Shown here in pieces: positions 1 to 12,100 of a stretch of DNA of 64,000 nt; positions within the stretch are counted from its first letter, which is position 1; each line of letters begins with the position of its first letter. This stretch comes from Epiperipatus broadwayi. Taxonomy: Eukaryota > Animalia > Onychophora. The notes under the pieces were generated by a model that did not search any database, had not been told where the DNA came from, and saw only the letters and a program-made list of their open reading frames with translations. Location of the stretch: assembly GCA_028023455.1 (NCBI GenBank), contig JAQFVV010000010.1, forward strand, positions 11,408,001 through 11,472,000. Reading direction: 5' to 3'. Both the position numbers and the translations under genes were made by a program.

Positions 1-239
1 TTAAAGTTGTTTCTTTGAGTTATACTTCATTTTTTTAGTAAAACAGTAATTGTTTTATCTATTCATTCTATGTTTTAATTTTTTTATTTAAATTTATTAT
101 ACTTAGTTTTAAACTTTAAATGTGTATGTATTTCAATGCATACATATAACACAATTTCCCCCAACTTCAGATTTACATTTTCTCTGAAGTCAGGATAAAA
201 ATCAACTTGTTTTTTAAAATTTTCTTTTAACCCAATCAG

Positions 240-2220
240 GAAGTGGATTAACATTTATGCCAGTTTTTGTGTTAGTATCTTCTGCTACACATTCTTGCTT
301 TTCCTCGTTAGGCTGGATCAGCTAGAGTTCTTGTTTAGGTTTCAAAGATTGATCTTCCAAGTCAGAATCAGTTTTTGTAAATGTTAACTGTATTAAATCT
401 TCACTCCTATCCTTTCGCAATTGGTTTATGTGTTTCCATAATAATTTGTCTTTGTTTATACAAATGATTCTAACTTGTTTCGATAGATTGCTTTCCTTCA
501 AAATATATTTAGGCTATTTTTTGCCCACACTCATTCACCTGGCACAAACTTACATGTGGTAGATTATTTTTAAGTGTAATTCTGGAGGTGATTTTCCTGA
601 TTTAGCAGCTGGAATCAGATACTGATATGTTAGTGTGGTATAAATTGCTTCCTGTATTTTCATTTTTCACAATATAGTTCCTGATACTTTCAATTTTGCC
701 CCTCCATTAGATTGGGTATGATAGGGAGCATATGTTTTTTATCCTCCACTCTTTCAGTTTTCGAATTTGTCCAATGTAAACATGATTCATTGTCAGAAAT
801 TAAAGTTTCAAGAAGGCCATGATCTAAAAAAGTTTCACGTAATTTTTTGATTGTCACATCGTATCTAGTGCTCTTAATTTGTGTTCTGCTCCTCCCCTCC
901 CCGAATATGCATCTTAATTACTGTTTGGCTATTATACATAGCTACAGGCTAAAGCTTTTGCTCTGGCTATGCCTGGGTAACCTTCATGCAATAAATGGAA
1001 AATTAAATCTATACCCTTAACTGGGATTAGTACATGATCACTCATCAGAATAGTCTTTACAAACTGATAAATTATCACAGGCATTTGATAATTCTTTATG
1101 AAGAAATTTAGGATGTTTATTACGTCAACATCCTCGGATTTAGCTTATAATACACTGGTAACCATCATCTTCCTTTGCCTAACCAGCTACTGTTTTATTG
1201 TTAAAAACTTGCGACTTTAGCTCATTTATATGATTAACTTCAATTTATTTTTCATCTCTCAGTCTCATCTGGTATGCGAGACAGTGTAGTGTGTTGGTAT
1301 GGCCAATTTACTTTCCCTTTGCATATTCTAATGAATAATCATCGCCAGCGAGTATGTTTAGCCATCTCAGCATGTGAGTGATAGGATGCTCAGAAACTTG
1401 TTTGTTTCCAAAAATTTCCAGTAAAGATTTAGTAAGAGCTTCTTTGACCAGCAGACTGTAATTTTTTTCAGCTGTGGACAATGTGCACAAAGCATAGATA
1501 ATAGATTTTTTTATCTGTGTGTATTGGATGACATTTTATTGCACCAATTCCAAATTCAGATGCTTCCATTGTAAGCATAATTTCCATAAAGCTGTTATAA
1601 TGAACAAGTAATTTTAATTTTTCGAAGTCAGTAATAATTTGGTATGCATAAATGGTTGCTCTTGTATCGACCTCCAGTTCCATTTCTGGTTCTTTCTTAG
1701 TAAGTCGTATAAGGGTCTGGCTATAAGAGTTTTGCCCTTCAAAAAATTCTCAAATGATTTTACAAGATTAAAACAAACTCGTAATTGTTTTACAGCTTTG
1801 ATATTTCCAGGAGGAGTACCTTTATTTGAAATTATATGCCTTGAAAATTTAATTTCGCTCATCTACCAGATACATTTCTGGATTTGCAATTTTGCTTCCA
1901 AGTCATTCAGTTTTTTGCACACATTATATAAACGACTTCTTGATTCATTTTCCATTATAGTGGTAACTAGAATGTCATCAAAAAATGGTACAACGCCCTC
2001 AAATCCATTAAGGTGGGTCTCAATATTCGACTGGAAAGTACTAGGTGCAGAAGTTATCCCAAATGGAAGTCATTTGCACCTAAATAACCTTGCATGAGTG
2101 ATTAATGTACTACTTAGTATTTCTGAAGCTTTGTTTGCCAACAGTATCGGGTGGATTCCTGAGTTAAGATCTAATTTTGCCAAGAAATTAGATCTTGAAA
2201 TGATTTCTTCAGAAAATATA
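240..2220 (-). mobile_element. Decayed Ty3/Gypsy LTR retrotransposon pol (RT-RNase H-integrase order), many stops and frameshifts
   Basis: Minus-strand translations: RLFRCK*LPFGITSAPSTFQ (RT, ~2020-2090), VKQLR...IARPLYDLLRKNQKWNW (RT thumb, ORF 1614-1862), TLSTAEKNYSLLVKEAL (RNase H, ORF 1308-1490), LETLISDNES and APYHTQSNGGA (integrase core, ~697-812). Confidence 0.85.
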
Positions 2221-2558
2221 TAACTCAATATTGTTTATATTATTTTTCTAGATTTATATGTGTGTGTACTTTAACATAAACATAACAATTAGAAAAAAAA
2301 CTTTGCTAAAATAGAAGTTAAATACCAATTCATAATTATATTTTGTAATCAAACTTGTTGTATGATTTGCTAACTTCTTTAAATGCAATAAGCTATGGAC
2401 TACATTCATTCAACAGGAGTAACTTGTGTTCTACATGTTCCAGCCATGTATTGCAAATAGGAATTGAATGTGGTAGTCATTGTTATTTGGTGAAATAAAA
2501 TAATGTTTAAAATATATATATATATATATTGGTTTATTTCCTGATAGTTAAAAAAAGG

Positions 2559-3760
2559 TGGTGCCCATGTAAGTTTTAAATAAAATTAAAAGGTAAATCA
2601 CAGAAGTAGGATTAGTTTGACCATTACTATATATTTAAATATGGAAGAAGTTAGAGATAATATTTAAATGTGTGCTGATAGAAATTTAGAGATTATATGA
2701 AATATTAAACAGATAATTGTAAAAAATTTAAGATAATTTGGGAAGATGATAATATAAACAAAACAAAAAAAAGGTAGAAAAAAAAAAAATTCAGATAGAA
2801 AAATTTAAAATCAATATAAAAATGACCAAACATTGTGCAATTGATATGATTCTATGGTTCAAATCAAAGATCAAATATTATAGAACAATTTAAAAATATA
2901 AACATGGTAGAACAAGTGTTTTGTCATTTACTTATGAAGTGTGGAAGAATATAGAAAGAAGGTGGAAGTAATAGAAAAATCTGAAACAGATATAGTAATT
3001 GACAGAATTACTAAATAATGAAACTATGGAAGAATTTAAGATGACTGATGCTGAGACTAGCTTAAAGATTGGGGTGGAGGAACCTAAAATTGATGGTAGA
3101 AATATACAAACATTGTACAAGTCTCAAAAATTAAATTGTATAATTATATTGTATCAAGAAGGATATTATAACAAAGTGTTAAAGTAATGTGAACTTTATG
3201 GGAGTATTTAAAAAAAAGATTAACATTGTATAGAAATAAATGAATTCTCTACTAGTGCAGTAAGTAATATTTCTCATATGAATGAGAAAATTGTAAAATA
3301 ATACGTATAGATAAAGGGCAATATTTAGCCAGCCTTCAACTGAGGCAGAACTCGGGGAAAATATACAATGAGGCAACATTGTGGACAGACTTTCCATTAA
3401 TCAATTTAAAGTTGAATTCTTTGTAACGATTCCAAAGATATCAATTATTGTACCTCTTTTGAAAAGAAATCATGTAATCGCACCTAACAAATGTAATCAA
3501 TGAGAAAATTATAATGTACGTGGTAGTAATGTGGCATATCATCAATCACCAGAAATTCAAAATTAACACTCCGTACTTGTCAATGGAAGTGTGATCACTT
3601 AGATGGCTTTATAATATGAGATTTATTTGAAAAGTCTTGCATAGTTATTAAGAAATATTTAAAATTCAGTAGTGGCAGATAGAACTGTTCAAAAGATTAC
3701 AAATAACGTTATTCTATTATGAAACAGATGGAATCTCTTACATTGGAACCACAAAAATAG
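2559..3760 (+). mobile_element. Possible highly decayed LTR-element gag/protease remnant
   Basis: Partial PBS-like TGGTGCCCA at ~2559, followed by purine-rich E/K-coding sequence and weak protease-like words (LVNGSVIT, VADRTVQKI). No long ORF. Confidence 0.25.
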
Positions 3761-6282
3761 CTATAAGAAATTATGAAACATCCATGACATTAGAGTTAAA
3801 ACAATTGTCATAGAAATCTTTTTTTTTTTTTTTTTTAAAAAGTCAATTTGTATGAGGATTCAGGAATAGTTCCTTGTAATGTAAAACTAGTAGAGAATAT
3901 AATTATTTTTATATGAAAACTAAGAATTAGAGATAAATGGCAAGTTTAAAATATGGAAGGTAGGATTAATAAATAGATTGGTACTCTTTATATTTGCATC
4001 TAAGACTAAATTTGTAAATATATCACAAGAATCATTTTAATGAATATCATATCCTACTGAATAGGAAAGAATAATTATGCAATATCCAACCCAATGTGAG
4101 AGTTAAAACAATTATGGTAATAAATTTATATACATAAATGGAGGGGAAGGGGAGGGAAGTAGGGATTACTAATTCATACAAAATATGAAACTAGAATAGA
4201 AGAAATTATCAAAGGCAATAAAAGAATAAAAACCAATAACATAGGAACATAAAACAAATATCTTAGGATAATTTTTATTTTTTTATGTGAATTCCAGAAA
4301 TGTGAGAAGTTCAAAAAGATTATTTTACTAAGTTAAAAAAAACAAAAATAAAATCAGCAAAAAAGTGAAACACATATGGAAGAACTAAAAATGCATGCAT
4401 GAATGTAGCAGTAAATGTAAACGCACAGGATAATCATATTTTATTTAAAGGCAATTAGTATTATTATATATAAAATTTATTAAGTTTTATTTTAGTAATA
4501 ATAATAATTTATCATTATTGTGTATTGGTATCTTACTAAAGATGAATTGCTAAAAAATTCCAGAAAAGATAAATCTTTCCCTTATTCTTCCAAGAATTTA
4601 AATTTATTATATAACAACCTGCAATGAATAACTGGAAAAGTAAGGTCTAATAAATCAATTCAATAGTAAATAAAATGTTTATTGAAGTATCAATACCTTA
4701 AGGATGATAAAAAAAAAAAACATTATAAGGCTTTAGGAAAGTATAATATCTTATAAACATACATGATGAATTTTTTTAATTATTAAAATTTTTGATACAT
4801 TATTCGTATATCTTTTAAAAACCTATGTTAAAGAATATTTAATTCTGAAATTTTAAAACTAAAATTTGAAATATACTTTTGATTAATCTACACTTATGTT
4901 CTTAACAAACATACATTTTTAGTGATATATGTGTGCTTTTAGTATAAATAAATGCATATTTTCTGAAACAGTCTGTTATTTATAATTCCAAGAAAATATG
5001 AATAAAAATGTAAATGTTATGAGGACAGTGTCCTAGAAAATAATTAAGCTTCCTTTTTATATCTTGTTGAATATGAAAATAAACACTTTCATAATTTAGA
5101 TATTATAATATAAGCATTATTCTGAGAATAAATAAAATGAACAAAAAATTGGGCAATTGATCCATTTAAATACAAGAGAATCTTTCCAAAGAATGAATGT
5201 TTATAAACAGATTTTAAGTGGCAAGAATCAAAATGCATCTGACAAGGATGGTTATAGATTTTAACTATTTTTTTTTTTTTTCTTGCATATCCTTCATAAA
5301 TTAAAGTCTTTACTCATAAGTGTCATAGAAGTATTTCTTCCTACACCATAAGAATTTAATCTAGCATGACACAAACAGATATAATTAAACAATAATGAAG
5401 ATGAGTTTTTTCTTCGCCATCAGACATTTAAGAAAGGATAATGTTACTAACAGTATTGATTAAAAAAAAATATTAGAGTTTTGCCCAAGTTTATAGATTA
5501 ACCACATTTGAGTAGATAATTACAAAGAATATATCTACGAAAACGAATGAAATTATGTTTTAAGAGATATGCATTATCATTACACATATATATATATACG
5601 TGTATGAATGATAATGAATAAATCTCTAATTATAATTCATTTAGCACATTCTTGTTTTCTTGCTTAAAGTTCCAAATAATTACATTTATCAAAAAAAAAA
5701 TTAATTATATATTTTTCTAGGTCCTACGAAGTATGAATAAGAGGTACAAATTAGAAAGCAATACTAACCTCAAATATTTATTTGTATATATTCCTAATTA
5801 TTGTTTTATTTTGTTAAGATTATAATTATATTTTTTCCACTGTCATATATCTCTTGATTCTGATTCCATCTTACCCCCTGTGATCTGATGTGCTTTTTAC
5901 ATGGGTGATTGTAATAGATGGGTAGGAATTAAGTGTGGGTATGCATATAGTAGCATCTATAATGATTATTCCGATTTGCATGGTATCTATACTTTATAAT
6001 CTTTGCAAGTCCAGACCGTCAATTCAATTAATATGATTATTATGCTATTTTAATCCATATCTCTACTTTCGACCATTACAATATACATATATAAAACAAA
6101 AAACTTCTATGCAAGTGTAACAAAAATATCTATATATTTGTTATATGAAAATAAATTTCGTCTCTGTACATATATTTTATAATTTTGAACACTAAATACA
6201 GTTGTTCATATTTGTGAAAGATTATTAACTACAATATAATAAAAAATATGCAAAGAATAAAAATTAAAAATTGAATACTTAC

Positions 6283-9182
6283 ATAAACATCTTCTTCATT
6301 AATGCTATTATTTCGTTCTTCTTGTAGAGTAACAAACTTTTTAATAATTTCAAAAAGGGATGGTGATAAATATTTGAAATATTTATGGAAATCAAATTTT
6401 ACAGCCAAAGATGCAAAAATTGTATTATTAACTAGAGCAGATCTAAGATCAGTTAATTCTCCAGGACTTCGATCATGAGCATCTTCATAGAGGTAACGTG
6501 TAATTAAATAATCCAGTATTGCATCGCCTAAAAACTCTAATCTTTGATAACAATCGGTAATTTTGTTATAATAATATGAAGGATGTGTAAATGCTTGTAG
6601 GAGATAAGCTTTATCTTTAAAACAGTAATTAATTTTCTCTTCAAAACCACTGAAATCTTGAAGAAAATGGTTTAATTTTTCTGATGCACTTGGAATGTTA
6701 AGAAGAGGTGAAGGTGGAAGTTCCCAGCAGCCAAAGTTATAATCATTTCTGTTATCATCGGCATTATGCATTTTCAACTCAGGAATTTTGGGTAAAACTT
6801 TTAATCCTAGCCATGTCATGAATAAAAGAGCTCCTTGCGAACCACAAGATATTAAATAGGCTCCTATCAAAGCTTCAACACAATCAGCAATACTTTTGTC
6901 AGGAATACTATGTTGTGTGAGTAAGTTGTAAGGAATTATGTAAGGTTTATAGTCAGAAAGTAGGTTAGAGCCCATCTTTTCTGGTTGTAAAGCTAAATCT
7001 TTGGATACAAGATAACCTGGAGGTAACCAATTATCACTCGGTTCAAATTTATTAGCTGCCATGCAAAGTCCCAGACCTTTCTTCTTCCCCAATCTATACA
7101 GATTAAGGTTGCTTACTTGTTTACTCCGTAGAAATGATAATTTTCCCTCATGCATTCTAACATATTTAAGATAAAGATAACTTGTGACTGCATGTTTTAA
7201 AAAAGAATCACCAATTGTTTCTAATCTTTCTAAATTAAAAATATCATTTGCGTTGGACATAGTAAAAGCTTGCAAAATTGTACTAGGACTGGGTCCAAGG
7301 TGACATTTTAAGTTGATTTGTTCATCAAATTTTATTTTGACTTTTTTCTGTGAAAGACTTTTTTTATTTTCAATAACACATTTATTTTTAAACTCATTTG
7401 ACAATAAATCTAATTTATTAAAATATTCAGAATTTTCTTTATCATTTATAGGTAAATCAGAATCAATATTATATGAACTATAATTGTGAACTTCATCCGC
7501 TGATTGTGAATTATTAATCTCAGAAGGTTCTTTATGTTTTGAAATATTTTCAAGCAAATTGATTTCTAAAACAACTTTGCTCAAGTTATTAATAGGCGTT
7601 TTGTCAAAAAAAATGCCTTCTTCTGGAGAAATAAGAGCTACTTGTTCAAAATAGTAAACTATATTTTTCTCATCATCAGTATCATTAATATAGGAGTTAT
7701 CTTCCAAATTATCATCAAACATTTCATTAATGCTACTTTTGGATTTCTTAGGTGATGGTTTCTTTTGAAGTAAAAAAAAAATTGAATATTTCTGTTTTTT
7801 TTCTGGACTAACATTATTTTTAAGTGGTGGACTAACTCGATCATTGTCATCATCATTAATTTCTTGTAAAGATAATGGTGAAGATCTATTGGAGTAAGTA
7901 CTTTCCTCAAATGAATTATTTGGAGAACATGTTTTGATATACTCTATTACATCTGGAATATGAAGTTTTTTGCTCTTATCAGCTTCAGAATCATCTGACC
8001 AAGATAAAGCATCATTATCTTCCCAGGCACTTTGAAAGTAAGTAGGAGACCCAAATCTGTAGTCATGATTTTGCATGTTAGCTGAATGAAATGGAAACTG
8101 TGACATTTCTTCAAAGTCATCAATATCATCTTGATTAATTTGAAAACTTGATGACAATCCATTACCCTTACAATTTACGCCATTCATACTTAATATTTCC
8201 ACATGTCCCCCTATATTACCATTACGACACCATGACACATCAAGATCATCATCAAGAGATTGTAATGGTGAATAATATTTAGAAAAATTGCCATTTCCTA
8301 AAGCAAAGTTATTATCCCAATTTCCGATTTCCATTTCACAGTCATCATCATCTTCATCACTTTCAAAAATCACTTCTTTTTTATCATTTACCATTGAATT
8401 ATCCCAGCTACCTATTGGAAAATTAGAATTTTCAACTAATAATCCTGATACTATACATGACATAGGCATAGGCTTAAATGCTGGTGGAATATATGTTCTA
8501 GATGGTTTTGCAGTCTTTTCTTCTTCAATTATAAGAGACCAACTAGCTTGAAGAGGAGGCCAATCAAAATCAACTGGAACTACAGTTTGCATAATATTCA
8601 TCTCCAAAGAAACTCTTACTCTTAATTCTTCAGCTAAAAGTAAAGAATTAGTTCGATACAATATGCTAGGTAAGCACACGGCCTTTCTCCATAAAGAGGC
8701 AGGAAAGGGATGGATTTCACACAATTCTGGTACTAAAATCTGTTTTTGATGTAAATCTTCTCGTTTAGCCTTTTTTGTTTCATCACTACTGGTAGGCAAT
8801 GCTTTTCCTTTCCTATTCATATGTCTAGAGGATAACATATTTAATCTTGATGAAGTTCGATCCACATCTAATAAGGGTTGTTTTTTATTAAAAATATTTT
8901 TACCATACTTTGACAAATAGTAACTTTCAAAAGTATCGAATTCTCCATCCGGAAACTGACTAACAGGATTTAAATTGACACAAATTTCTGCAACATAATA
9001 TTGCTCCGGTTGATCATTGTGCCGATACCAAGGCATAACTACAGCATCTTCGTACTTTGCCTTGTCAAAGTGAAAATTTTGACGTTGTTGTTCTGTAGGT
9101 GCCATGACTTTATCACTGGTGATTGGATAAATAACATCAGCAAACTCCCAGTCAATGGTCCATTCTGAACTTGTTTTACTAT
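6283..9182 (-). CDS. Dcr-1: Dicer-1 exon, 2900 bp: end of platform, PAZ, long acidic linker, RNase IIIa, N-terminal half of RNase IIIb
   Basis: Acceptor ttaacag|AT AGT AAA at 9182 (WTIDWEF). Donor GAT GTT TAT|gtaagt at 6283/6282. Overlaps the ORF-track entry 6229-9105, which shows PAZ (DAVVMPWYR...QPLLDVD) and both RNase III signatures. Confidence 0.96.
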
Positions 9183-12100
9183 CTGTTAATTTAAAAAAAA
9201 ATAAAAATGAATAAAATAATTAAAAAATAATAATAAGAATAAAATTTTTAAAAGTTTAATACAAATCTCATTAAGTTGTTTACTAATTAAATATATATGC
9301 ACCATATATTAAAAAAACGAAACTCATGAGATATAGGGTGTATCTGTATGTAAGATGAGATAAAAATAGTTTTGAATAGCCCACTGCAAGTACAAAACTT
9401 CTCTAACCAGTCTGTCATAGAGAATCTGTTAAGAAAAATTTACTCATGTTTGCCAATTGCTGGTCAGTGAAATGTAAACAGTTTTCCATCATTGTTTTAC
9501 TTTCTAGTTAAGAATAGCAAGATATCCATTATTAACTAACATTGGATAAATAACTGAACTACCAACCTGAGGAAAAAAACCTATGTTTACTTAATACCTG
9601 GGGGGAAAAAAACTCAGTAGGCAGATGAACTACATTCCCTCTATAGCCTTATATATTACATATTAAGATTGAAAGAAAAAAACTTTTATTAACAAAAAAG
9701 AAAATCATCTAAGATTGCCTTCAAAATAATTCCCAGCAAAACATTCACACATCCTCATATGACAATGTTTACTACTGAAAGCAAGGTTACAAATCATTTA
9801 TTTTAAGTTCATTGAAAAAACAGTTTTACTTTTTAACCTTTTCTTTAAGTGTAAATTTGATTTTTGGAAAAATTAGAAGTTGAGTGGAGTCAGGTCTGGT
9901 AAGTTTCTGCCATGGATTTCTTAAGCTTAACAAAAAATTTGGTAATAACTATTTCACTTTTGCAATCCAATGTTTTTTGATTAAGAATAGAGACACATCT
10001 AAGCTTGAGTATACATTGATCAAGTTGCTTCTCCATACTAAGATGTTCAATCTTGTTCAATAGTTTTCTGTCCCTAGTCCATAACTCTTGCCTTATTATA
10101 TACTTTTAATATCATCTTTTGTATATCAGACTTCCCAATCTCTCTCTCTCTCTATACACATAGAAAGAGAATATGCTTGTCAAATAACTTATTATTTTCA
10201 ACTTGTTAATTATAAATTAAACTGTACATAAATAGTCCTATACTTATTTAAATAATACCTTCCACAAGATTTCATGCAAGTATTGTACCAGTCAAAAAAT
10301 ATATATAACAACATTAAAATATAAACAATGAGCATTGCCAATTGCTCAACAGGCTTTGTGATAAATGCTTAGCCAGAGAAAGCATTTAAAATATCTCTGT
10401 CAAGACCCCCCCCCCCAAAGCCGGCAGAGGTTTTTTTGGGGGGAGGGGGTTCCTGACAGAGATATTTTAAATGCTTTCCCTGGCTAAGCATATATCACAA
10501 AGCCAGTTGAGCAATTGGCAATGCTCATTGTTTATATCTTATAAGCTTAAGAAAATTGGGTCGTGTGATCTAAGACTCTTATTTTGAACATTAAAATATA
10601 ATTCAATAATATATTTAAATGTTAATCAAGAGAAACAGATTACTATGAGCAAGTGAAAATATTTGATCACTATCAATTAAAATTTTCCACTGCTTTCCAA
10701 TCTCCCAACATATTTTGTTCTAGCATTTCATATTTAAAGTCACATTTTAAAAGCAAAAGATCTAATGACACAGAGTTAACACATTTACCACTAAGTCTAC
10801 AAATAGATTTGAATCCAGGTCAAGTAAAGGTTGAAAATTTGTTCAGTTTCTAATCAGACTCAGGATTTTCTTTCACTTTAACTAAACATCCAATATAACT
10901 ATCTGATTACTCTTAGCTGGAGAATAGAACAAAGATGCAAACAGCTTAAATCTTCACTATCTGGCAACTGGCAATCATAGACCGTGAGGTCTTTTCTATT
11001 ACTGTTACTCTATTGGGGGTGATAGGAAAACTTTTGCCTAAAATGAGCAAGCTATATACATCATGGCTTCCTTCAAATAATTAATAACAATGGAAATTTA
11101 TTTGAGTAAAAGAAATAATACATCCTTTTAAAATTTACTTAAATAAGTGAAATCACTTAATGCATATTAGTACAATGTTAACCTTACACCCCTTGATAAA
11201 CATGTAATTTATATTTAATTTGCATTAAAATAGTATAACTTTATATAATTGACTTTTTGCATGGTTTTTATTAATATTTGAATTGCCACTATGACTTGTA
11301 TGATGTATCATTGCTAATTTGATATTTATATGTATATTTATCTACATAAAAAATAAAATAATTAACAGCTTTCAGTCACTCACTTCTTAGAAATGGTCTC
11401 TTCAGCATTTCTTCCCAGAAGAATTATGAAGATATTGCTGACCAGAATACTCATCTAGTGCTCAGTGATGGTTTTTATTTTTTTTTTTTTTCTTGTTTTA
11501 TCTTCTGAAAATAGTTAATGTCTATCTGGGATAGCTGTGCATCAAACCTCTTGAAAATCTTTCTCAATAAATCTTTACTTATCTGAAAAAAATTTCCAAG
11601 TTCCCTAACCTTAAATTATAAGCATAACATATACAAGCGTCCAAGAGCTTTTGTTTGTACAGGAATAATATATGTGCTTATATGTGTGATGAATCTAATG
11701 TTAATTTCCTCAAAATAATGTTTTGCATCAGCAATTCAAACTATTCATTGGAGGAAATAAAGATATTGAGATATTTATGTGTATACATATGTATAAATTG
11801 TTAGTTATTTGTGTTTATTCTCTAGTTCTTACCTATATGTATTGTATGTATATGACTCATTTCAAACACACAAATATATTATTTATATATGAAAAAAAAA
11901 TTTCTTTTATATATATAGATTTATGTGTGTATTTATTATTATATAATTTATAAATAGTTAATAAATAAGCAGTTGTAAAGAGAGAATGTAATAATATTTA
12001 ATATGGATTTATTATATTTTCTTATTAAATAATGTGTTAACTTATTTAACATTAATTTTTTTTGTTAAAATAAAGATCAGAAAGAAAGTGTAAAATATGG

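Noticed and set aside
6229-6282. ORF-track C-terminus VSIQFLIFILCIFFIIL* suggesting a Dicer ending in a hydrophobic tail
   Set aside because: It is read-through past a consensus GTAAGT donor at 6282. RNase IIIb is incomplete there, so the gene must continue in a downstream exon.
1-6282. Final Dicer-1 exon(s) (EVPKALGD.FES and dsRBD)
   Set aside because: I found no matching sequence by eye, so they presumably lie beyond position 1. A tblastn search would confirm.
7740-7805. Possible compensating frameshifts at A/T homopolymers in the Dicer linker (KYSIFFLLQKK)
   Set aside because: The frame stays open and alternative frames hit stops. It cannot be judged without reads.
9103-9105. ATG at 9105 as the start of a 958-aa single-exon Dicer
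   Set aside because: The frame continues upstream to an AG acceptor at 9183-9184 and splices in phase to exon 20900-21113; this is an internal Met.
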